Assembly: GCA_963795295.1 (NCBI GenBank)
Contig: CAWCHE010000001.1
Location: 557,389 to 621,388 of the forward strand
Origin: an uncultured Solirubrobacterales bacterium
Lineage (GTDB): Bacteria > Actinomycetota > Thermoleophilia > Solirubrobacterales > 70-9
Length of the DNA stretch: 64,000 nt
Reading direction: 5' to 3'
Positions 57,530 to 64,000 of the stretch are shown here, piece after piece. Within the stretch, counting starts at the first letter, position 1. Every line of letters starts with the position of its first letter. The position numbers were made by a program, and so were the translations under genes. The notes below the pieces were generated by a model. That model was not told where the DNA came from and ran no database searches. It worked only from the letters and a program-made list of their open reading frames with translations.

Positions 57530-58812
57530 GACACCCCCGCCGCGGGACGGCCGGCGGCCTTCGGGTCGCGCCTGCTGCCCAGCGCGTGCCTGGCGTTGAC
57601 GACGATCGAGCGCGGAATCGTCCGCGCCATCAGCTCGGCCGGCCCGATCTGCCGCGTTGCGAACCTGTCGAAGGCGACGGCGACCTTGGGGTCGCGGGCG
57701 GCGCCGGCGAAGAGCATCTTTTCCGGCGGGCTGATCGGCCGGCCGGTGGCGTAGTCGTGGATCATGAAGGCGTGGCCGCCGAGCCTGCGTTTGTGGAGGC
57801 GGCGGTAGCGCTTGAGCCCGCGCTCGAGCGGCTCTTCGCCGCGCAGGGCGGGAGCGACGGAGTCGGCCAGCCATTCGCCCGACTGGAACGCGAACCCGCA
57901 GCCGACCCCGAACAGCGGGTCGGTCGCCAGCGCCGCGTCCCCCGTCAACGCCAGCCCCGGCATCACTGGTACGCGGACGCGGTTCGGCATCTCGATCTTG
58001 CCGACCACCGGTTCGATCAGCTTCCCCTCGCGGATCGGCGGCGCGTCCGGCACGCCGCCGACGAAGGAGACCAGCGCCGCGGTCGGGTCGCGTTTGAAAT
58101 CGGGCAGCAGTTCCTTGGTCGGCATCGCCGCGTAGAAGACGAGGTCGCTGTCGGTCGGGAAGGCCGCCGCCCAGTGGGGGTCGAGCATCCAGATCGCGCC
58201 GTCGGGGGCGTACTCGGGCTGCGGCCCTTCGAAGTAGCCGCCGTAGGCGAAGCGATTGTGGGGGAGGATCTTTTCCTCGGCCCCGGCCAGCTCGGCGACG
58301 TCGGAGTCCCGGCCGTCGGCGCCGATCACCAGCCGCGCGCGGATCGAGGCCGTCGCGCCCTCGCGGTCGCGGACGCTGACGCCGGTGACCGTCTCGCCGT
58401 CGCGGAGGATCCCGTCGACAGCCTGCCCGAGGAGGAGCTCGACCCCGGCGGTCGACCCCGCCGCCTCACGCACCAGCGGATCGAGGAGCTCGCGGCGCAG
58501 GTTCACCGCCAGGCTCGCCTCCTCCGGCGGCGGCTTGACCCAGCCCCACTCGGTCCAGGCCTGGATCCGCGACCGCACGGCGCCCGCTTCGAGGATCGGG
58601 TCGAGCAGGCCGAGGCGTTCGATCGTCGGCACCGCCGACGCCTGCACGAAGTGCGAGCACATCCGCTTGAAGGCCTTGGGGTCGGGCTGCTTCTCGATCA
58701 CCGCGACCCGTTGGCCGGCGCGACCGAGGAGGATCGCGGCCGTGCAGCCTGCGAGGCTGCCGCCGACGATCACCACGTCGTACTCGGAGGAGCTGGTTCC
58801 GCTGCCGTTCAT
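57526..58812 (-). CDS. FAD-dependent oxidoreductase/monooxygenase (geranylgeranyl-reductase-like fold)
   Basis: ATG at 58812 gives MNGSGTSSSEYDVVIVGGSLAGC (GxGxxG). Also the DG..S region GADGRDS and the C-terminal GDAA motif (LTGDAALATDP). The longest ORF extends to 58899. Confidence 0.8.
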   Translation of the reverse strand: MNGSGTSSSEYDVVIVGGSLAGCTAAILLGRAGQRVAVIEKQPDPKAFKRMCSHFVQASAVPTIERLGLLDPILEAGAVRSRIQAWTEWGWVKPPPEEASLAVNLRRELLDPLVREAAGSTAGVELLLGQAVDGILRDGETVTGVSVRDREGATASIRARLVIGADGRDSDVAELAGAEEKILPHNRFAYGGYFEGPQPEYAPDGAIWMLDPHWAAAFPTDSDLVFYAAMPTKELLPDFKRDPTAALVSFVGGVPDAPPIREGKLIEPVVGKIEMPNRVRVPVMPGLALTGDAALATDPLFGVGCGFAFQSGEWLADSVAPALRGEEPLERGLKRYRRLHKRRLGGHAFMIHDYATGRPISPPEKMLFAGAARDPKVAVAFDRFATRQIGPAELMARTIPRSIVVNARHALGSRRDPKAAGRPAAGVS

Positions 58813-58880
58813 CGCGACCTCCCGCTTAGAGTCCATGGAGATGTTACCCATCATACGTTCCGTACCATACACCTCGTATT

Positions 58881-59444
58881 GTGAATAGCAAGCCGACACG
58901 TCTGACGACGACCTCCTACGCGCTGCTGGCGCTGCTCGACCAGCTCGGCGAGGCGACCTCCTACGACATCAAGCAGGCCCTCGACCGCTCGATCGAGAAC
59001 TTCTGGCCGGTCCCGCACACGACGGCCTACGAGGAGCCCGCCCGCCTCGCCGCCGCCGGCTACCTCTCGGTCACCCAGGAGGAGGGCGGCCGCCGCCGCA
59101 AGCGCTACTCGCTGACGGAGTCGGGGCTGCAGGCGCTGCGCGCATGGGCGACCGAGCCGAGCGCGGCTCCGCCGCAGCTGCGCGACGAATTCATGCTCAA
59201 GGTCTTCGCCGGCGCCGAGCGGACCGAGCCTCTGCGCGACCAGCGCCTCGCCTGGCACGAGGCCAAGCTCGAAGAGCTGAACGGATATCTGGACGAAGTG
59301 CGGAAGGCGGAGGGCTGGGAGGGCTCGGAGCGGACCCTGCTCGTCGGCCTCGCCTACCATCGCAAGATGATCGAGCTGATCGAGCTGCTCTACGAGGGAG
59401 TGCCCGACACTCGGCTTCCGGCCACCGAAGCGAAGGAGCCCTGA
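58881..59444 (+). CDS. PadR-family transcriptional regulator
   Basis: 187 aa. YALLALLDQLGEATSYDIKQAL......WPVPHTTAYEEPARLAAAGYL...RKRYSLTESG is the PadR winged-helix signature. Divergent from the FAD oxidoreductase gene. Confidence 0.85.
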   Translation: MNSKPTRLTTTSYALLALLDQLGEATSYDIKQALDRSIENFWPVPHTTAYEEPARLAAAGYLSVTQEEGGRRRKRYSLTESGLQALRAWATEPSAAPPQLRDEFMLKVFAGAERTEPLRDQRLAWHEAKLEELNGYLDEVRKAEGWEGSERTLLVGLAYHRKMIELIELLYEGVPDTRLPATEAKEP

Positions 59445-60016
59445 TGGGAGAGATCGTGATCACCGAGTTCGTCTCGCTCGACGGCGTCATGGAGGACCCC
59501 GGTGGGGCGGAGGACTACGTTCACGGCGGCTGGGCGTTCGAGATCTCACGCGGCGACGAGGGCGACCGGTTCAAGCTCGACGAGACGATGGGGGCCGAGG
59601 CGCTGCTGCTCGGCCGCGTCACCTTCGAAGGCTTCGCCGAGGCCTGGCCCGAGCGCGAGGGGGAGTTCGCCGACAAGTTCAACCAGATGCCCAAGTACGT
59701 CGTCTCGACGACCATGGAGGAGGCCGGGTGGAGCAACTCGACCGTCCTTCCGGGCGCGGACCTGGCGGCGGAAATCGCGAAGCTGAGGGAGTCCCACGAC
59801 GGCGAGGTCGTCGTCCACGGCAGCGCCGCCCTCGCCCAGTCCCTGCTCGAGGAGGGCCTGGTCGACGAGCTGCGGCTGATGGTCTTCCCGGTCGTCCTCG
59901 GCACCGGCAAGCCGCTCTTCGGCGAGTCCGGCAAGTTGCCGCTGCGCCTCGCCGACTCGAGGATCGTCGGCGACGGGGTCGCGATCCTCACCTACAGGCC
60001 CACTGCCGCCGAATAG
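59444..60016 (+). CDS. Dihydrofolate-reductase-like (RibD C-terminal domain) family protein
   Basis: ATG at 59444 (ATGA-type overlap with padR) gives MGEIVITEFVSLDGVMEDPGG...LLLGRVTFEGF...KYVVSTT...VVVHGSAALAQSLLEEGLVDELRLMVFPVVLGTGK.LF. Confidence 0.85.
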   Translation: MGEIVITEFVSLDGVMEDPGGAEDYVHGGWAFEISRGDEGDRFKLDETMGAEALLLGRVTFEGFAEAWPEREGEFADKFNQMPKYVVSTTMEEAGWSNSTVLPGADLAAEIAKLRESHDGEVVVHGSAALAQSLLEEGLVDELRLMVFPVVLGTGKPLFGESGKLPLRLADSRIVGDGVAILTYRPTAAE

Positions 60017-60074
60017 GCGCGGGCTTGCGCGGGGCCCGGCAGGGGCTACCCTGTGTACGGGTGGTGACAGGAGA

Positions 60075-60875
60075 ATGAGAATCTGGGGAAGGATCTCGGT
60101 CCGCGTGGTTTCGGTGCTGGTCGGCGCCGCGATCCTCGTGTTCTCCCTGCTCGCGGTCGCCAGCGGCGACACGGAAACCAGCGGCGGCTACAAGGTCACC
60201 TTCGGCGGCTCGATCACCCCGCGGAACCTTCCCCGCGGCAAATCGGTTCCGATCTCCCTCCACGTCGGCGGCACCGTGGTCCCGGTCGGCGAAAGCAGGC
60301 CGCCAAAACTGCTGAGGGTGAAAGTCGCGATCAACCGTCACGGCGTGATCGACACCCGCGGCCTGCCCACCTGCCCGAGCCGCAAACTCCAGGGCCGGAC
60401 CACCGAACAGGCCCTCGAAGTCTGCGGCGACGCGCTGGTGGGCACCGGGCACTTCACCGCCCACGTCGACATCCCGGACCAGTCGCCGTTTCCCTCGGTG
60501 GGCGAGCTGCTCACGTTCAACACGAGGGTGAACGGGCGCCCGGCCCTGGTCGGCCAGGTCTTCGGGACCCAGCCGGTTCCGGTATCCCGGGTGCTGCCGT
60601 TCAAGATCCAGCGCCAGGGCGAAGGGCAGTTCGGCGCGGCGCTGCTGGTGACGATGCCGGTCGTCGGCTCGGACTGGGGCTACGTGACCGGCTTCGACAT
60701 GACCTTCAACCGCCGCTTCCAGTACCGCGGCCAGCCGCACAGCTTCCTGACCGCCAGCTGCCCGGCGCCGAGGGGGATCCGCGAAGTCCCATTCAAGGCG
60801 GCCAAGGGGACCTTCTACCTGGCCGAAGGGGAATCGCGGGTCAGGGTGCTGAGCGGCAGCTGCCAGGTCCGCTAG
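60075..60875 (+). CDS. Secreted hypothetical protein
   Basis: 266 aa with N-terminal signal/anchor VSVLVGAAILVFSLLAVASG. Strong GC3 bias in this frame; no family recognised. Confidence 0.5.
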   Translation: MRIWGRISVRVVSVLVGAAILVFSLLAVASGDTETSGGYKVTFGGSITPRNLPRGKSVPISLHVGGTVVPVGESRPPKLLRVKVAINRHGVIDTRGLPTCPSRKLQGRTTEQALEVCGDALVGTGHFTAHVDIPDQSPFPSVGELLTFNTRVNGRPALVGQVFGTQPVPVSRVLPFKIQRQGEGQFGAALLVTMPVVGSDWGYVTGFDMTFNRRFQYRGQPHSFLTASCPAPRGIREVPFKAAKGTFYLAEGESRVRVLSGSCQVR

Positions 60876-60899
60876 AGCGCGGGCCTCACGCCCGCGATC

Positions 60900-62240
60900 T
60901 CATTTTCCTCTGGCCAGCGCGTATGCCTCATCGGCCCCGATGAAGGGGGCGAGGGTCATGTACGTCGCCATCGGGACCAGCTCCGGCATGCTCTCCGGGC
61001 CCTTCGCCTTGACCTGGTCGTAGATCAGGGCGTAGATCGCGCCGCCGATCGCCTCGGCCGCGATCGGAGGCGCCTCGGGCGCGAGCTCGTAGCCCGGTCC
61101 GAGCAGCGCCTCGAGCCCCTCCATGATCGTGTCGCGGGTCTGCAGCGCGCGTTTGCCGGCCGCGTACATCTCGACCGCGCCGAGGCGCGCGTACTCGGGC
61201 TCTTCGACGCCGAAGGCGAACATCGCTTCGTAGGCGCCGAGCACCGACTCTTTCCAGCTCTGGGCGCGGCGAAAGGCGGGCAGGACGGTGGCGAGCATCT
61301 GCGAGGAGCCGCTGTCGAGCGCGGCCAGCAGCGCGTCTTCCTTGTTCGCGAAGTGCTCGTAGAAGGTCCGCTGCGAGGTCGAGGCGCGATCGACGACCTC
61401 GGCCACGGTGGTCGCCGGGTAGCCCTTCTCGGCGACCGTCGCCGCCAGCGCCCGCAGCACCCGCTCGGCGGGGTTGGCGACGGCCTGGCGCTCTGCCAGC
61501 GGACGCGGCTCCTGGGAGCGCCGCCGCGGGGCGCGCAGCGGGCCGGGCGGCGGCGGATAGGAGAGCCACCATTCCCAGATCTGTCCCGCGAGGTCGGGAA
61601 GCTCGGCGCCTTCGTTGCGGTAGAGGCGCTTGTGGACGACCTTCTGGAGGCCGCCGATCATCGACCTGATCATCTGCGAGGGCATCTCCTCGCGGTCGGG
61701 GATGTCGTCGAAGAGCGATTTGCCGAGCTGCTCGAAGGCGTCCATCGTCCGGTCGACCACCGCGACCCCCTCGGGGCCGGCGGCGTAGATCTCGACGAAG
61801 CACATCTTCGAGGCCGCCGGCTGGGAGGCGATCAGCTTCAGGAAGGCTTCCAGCGCCTCGCGGGTGCGCTCCTCGCCGGAGGGCGCGTGCTCGGCGTGCT
61901 CCATGACTTCGAGGGTCGGGCCGGTGAGCGCCTCGGCCGCGGTCAGGAAGCACTCCTCCTTGTCGGCGAAGTGGCGGTAGAAGGCGCTGCGCGAGACGCC
62001 GGAGAGCTTGACCAGGTCGGCGACCGTGGTCGCCTCGTATCCCTTCTCGGCGACCGTCGCGACCATCGCCGCGAACAGCCTTTCGCGCTGGTTTTTCTCC
62101 GCCTCCTCGCGGGGCGTACCTCTCCCCGGGCGCATCATTCGCGCCCTCAGCTCAGTCGCGTCCCCCCACGGCGTCCGCACCATCTCGCCGGACGATAGCC
62201 GGGTATGCGGGTGTTGCTCAGCGTCGACCCGCGGTGCCAT
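60900..62240 (-). CDS. Tandem (double) TetR-family regulator: two HTH + two ligand domains in one chain
   Basis: 446 aa. The first HTH is RERLFAAMVATVAEKGYEATTVADLVKLSGVSRSAFYRHFADKEECF. The second is AERVLRALAATVAEKGYPATTVAEVVDRASTSQRTFYEHFANKEDAL. A PPPPGP linker separates them. Confidence 0.85.
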   Translation of the reverse strand: MAPRVDAEQHPHTRLSSGEMVRTPWGDATELRARMMRPGRGTPREEAEKNQRERLFAAMVATVAEKGYEATTVADLVKLSGVSRSAFYRHFADKEECFLTAAEALTGPTLEVMEHAEHAPSGEERTREALEAFLKLIASQPAASKMCFVEIYAAGPEGVAVVDRTMDAFEQLGKSLFDDIPDREEMPSQMIRSMIGGLQKVVHKRLYRNEGAELPDLAGQIWEWWLSYPPPPGPLRAPRRRSQEPRPLAERQAVANPAERVLRALAATVAEKGYPATTVAEVVDRASTSQRTFYEHFANKEDALLAALDSGSSQMLATVLPAFRRAQSWKESVLGAYEAMFAFGVEEPEYARLGAVEMYAAGKRALQTRDTIMEGLEALLGPGYELAPEAPPIAAEAIGGAIYALIYDQVKAKGPESMPELVPMATYMTLAPFIGADEAYALARGK

Positions 62241-62332
62241 TTTCGCGGTACGTCATCGGTTCAGGGTCACATTTCTCACTGCGTTCTCTAGGCACCTAAT
62301 TCCTAAGTCTAAAGCCAATTCCCGGCTCCGCA

Positions 62333-62369
62333 ACCGAATAGAGACAAGGGCGTCTCTTGACAATTCGGT
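62333..62369. promoter_or_regulatory. Interrupted palindrome overlapping a TTGACA -35 element (candidate TetR operator/promoter for the NHL gene)
   Basis: ACCGAATAGAGAC (62333-62345), AAGGGC, GTCTCT (62352-62357), TGACA, ATTCGGT (62363-62369). TTGACA is at 62357-62362. It lies in the intergenic region between the divergent double-TetR and NHL genes. Confidence 0.5.
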
Positions 62370-62541
62370 CCGCATCTGTTCTCATAGCTGGCGCCTTGGT
62401 AAGCGGCTTCTGTCTCCGACCGGAGCGGCTACGTACCAATGGTGGGAAGAGTGGAAATCTTGGCCGACGTTCCCGCATAAGGGGGCCCCAGAAACCGGGT
62501 CAGCGGGAGGAGAGGCTAACGGGACACACGGGAGAGAGCGA

Positions 62542-64000
62542 GTGAAAGAGGTGATTTCGCGACCGCCGGGCGGATTTGCGCTTCGCGCACGCCCGCTCCT
62601 CGTCGCCCTGGTCGCCCTGTTCGCTCCGCTGGCCGTGGCCGCCGCGCCGGCCGGCGCGGAGAACGTCCACGTCCTCACCCAGACCGTCAGCGGATTCGGG
62701 CCGACGAAGTTCGAAAATCCGCTCGGCGTCGCGGTCGACAACTCGAGCGGGCCGTCGGCAGGCGACTTCTACGTCTCCGACACGAGCCATCACCGGGTCG
62801 AGAAATTCAACGCCGCCGGCAACTTCCTCCTGATGTGGGGCAAGGAAGTCAACGAAGGCACGGGCAATCCCAACCTCTGCACCAACGTCGGCCCTCCGAC
62901 GGACAAATGCAAGTTCGGGGTCTACGCCAACGGCGAAGGGCTCACCGCCCAGCCGAGCGCGATCGCGGTCGACTCATCCTCGGGGCCCTCTGCCGGGGAC
63001 GTCTACGTGATCGGCGGGGAATCGAACTACGGGATCGAGAAGTTCGATCCCGGCGGCCACGTGATCTCGAGCTGGGGCGGGAGCCCTTACCCCGGCTCGC
63101 TCGACGGCTCGAACTCCCCCAGCGGCCCCTTTCCCTACTCGCTCGAAGGGATCGACGTCGACGCCTCCGGCCACCTCTCCGCCTGGATCCCGAACGAGTC
63201 GCGGTTGTTCACGTTCGCCGAGGACGGGACCGCGCTCACCTCCTTCCGGGCGAACACCCGTGAATCGACCTACGGCGGCTTCACCGAGGGCGGCGGCAAA
63301 TACTTCAAGCTCAACCGGGGCGCCGAACCCGAAGACTCGATCGAGATGTTCGGCCCCACCGGCACCGACATCGGACAGGTCAACACCGGCACGGCGCCGA
63401 CCCGCGGCCTCGCCTACGACGCATCCCGCGACGACCTGTTCACGATCGCGACCCACTATCCGGTCAGCGGGCCGACGGTCGACATGTACCACTTCAGCGG
63501 CGCCGGCGAAGTGGTCCAGGCCGATTCCACGACCTGCAAACCGGCCCCCAACGCCGGCTGCTCGCCCACCGAGTCCTTCGGATCCGAAGACTTCCCGTCG
63601 GAAAGCGGATACCCGAACGGCATCGGCATCAATGAATCCAACGGCGCCGTCTACGTGTCCGTGCTCTCCGAAACGGCCAGCAGGATCCAGGTCTTCAAGC
63701 CGATCAACGTGCCCGTGGTCACCACCGGCGCGGCCACAGGACTGGCCCGAGACTCGGTCATGCTCAACGGCCACGTCGACCCCGACGGCGCTGGCGAAGT
63801 CTCCACCTGCGAATTCGAATACGGGACGACGAGAACCTATGGCTCGAGTGCTCCCTGCGTCCCCGCCTCGACGACCACCGCCACGGACGTCAGCACCCAG
63901 CTTCCGGATGGAACCCTCGCCTCCGCCACGACCTATCACTACCGGCTCGTCGCCGGGAACTCGAACGGCGATCGCCCCGCCAAAGACCTGACCTTCACCA
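62542..64000 (+). CDS. Secreted NHL-repeat beta-propeller protein followed by Ig/FN3-like repeats (3' end outside window)
   Basis: This is an open frame with no stop from GTG 62542 to the window end. It is missing from the ORF track because it has no stop. Signal peptide LLVALVALFAPLAVAAAPAGA. NHL-like units NPLGVAVDNSSGPSAGDFYVSDTSHHRVEKFNAAGNFLLMWG and PSAIAVDSSSGPSAGDVYVIGG..NYGIEKFDPGGHVISSWG. The tail is VVTTGAATGL...VMLNGHVDPDG...CEFEYGTT..YG......TTYHYRLVAGNSNG. Confidence 0.8.
   Translation, partial: MKEVISRPPGGFALRARPLLVALVALFAPLAVAAAPAGAENVHVLTQTVSGFGPTKFENPLGVAVDNSSGPSAGDFYVSDTSHHRVEKFNAAGNFLLMWGKEVNEGTGNPNLCTNVGPPTDKCKFGVYANGEGLTAQPSAIAVDSSSGPSAGDVYVIGGESNYGIEKFDPGGHVISSWGGSPYPGSLDGSNSPSGPFPYSLEGIDVDASGHLSAWIPNESRLFTFAEDGTALTSFRANTRESTYGGFTEGGGKYFKLNRGAEPEDSIEMFGPTGTDIGQVNTGTAPTRGLAYDASRDDLFTIATHYPVSGPTVDMYHFSGAGEVVQADSTTCKPAPNAGCSPTESFGSEDFPSESGYPNGIGINESNGAVYVSVLSETASRIQVFKPINVPVVTTGAATGLARDSVMLNGHVDPDGAGEVSTCEFEYGTTRTYGSSAPCVPASTTTATDVSTQLPDGTLASATTYHYRLVAGNSNGDRPAKDLTFT

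Noticed and set aside
62380-62445. tRNA-like or other small RNA gene in the TetR-NHL spacer (GGCGCCTTGGTAAGCGG...).
   Set aside because: There is no acceptor-stem complementarity, no GTTCGAATC-type T-loop and no D-loop consensus. The sequence is more simply the 5' UTR of the NHL gene.

Overview
High-GC (about 70%) chromosomal origin-proximal segment of an actinobacterium. Protein similarity suggests Thermoleophilia/Solirubrobacterales, but that is inference only. Gene order is the classic dnaA(3' end)-dnaN-recF-dciA(DUF721)-gyrB-gyrA block. Next come an HNH protein, pheA and a CARDB membrane protein, then the conserved actinobacterial cell-division/cell-wall signalling cluster: a Ser/Thr kinase, fhaA, fhaB, pstP, rodA, pbpA and a PASTA kinase pknB, here translationally coupled to ddl. 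Downstream are a secreted beta-helix protein, a third Ser/Thr kinase, purM, uppP and dedA. A 12 kb surface-polysaccharide cluster follows (CapD-like dehydratase, LytR_C, FlgD-Ig, O-antigen ligase-like, Wzx, three glycosyltransferases, priming sugar transferase, MBL, GNAT, FemAB-like). After it come DUF3105, metF, a sugar-porter MFS, an enoyl-CoA hydratase and a nucleotide-sugar dehydrogenase. Then there is an SOS-box-controlled imuB-like/DUF6504/dnaE2 mutagenesis cassette. The remainder holds regulator/transporter pairs (HxlR+DHA2 MFS, PadR+FAD monooxygenase, tandem TetR+NHL protein), a GGDEF protein, a Tro/Znu-type metal ABC operon with zur, and ohr. I found no rRNA, tRNA, CRISPR array, transposase, integrase or prophage genes, and I cannot point to a convincing new multi-gene system. 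The most striking sequence-level feature is a large number of single-base frameshifts clustered in three or four segments: about 17.9-24.8 kb, 35.6-35.9 kb, 52.8-56.4 kb and possibly 5.45 kb. They hit conserved and essential genes (pknB, ddl, purM), several lie in G/C homopolymers, and two are compensated within about 50 nt. That pattern looks more like local assembly or sequencing error than biology. Other items worth a second look: the imuA-less SOS cassette with a perfect 20-bp LexA palindrome over the start codon, an 86-nt nested hairpin between pheA and the HNH gene, an overlapping dedA-uppP pair, a single-chain double TetR with an operator-like palindrome, and a long-form GyrB insert. 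The many long antisense ORFs in the track are GC-rich shadow ORFs.
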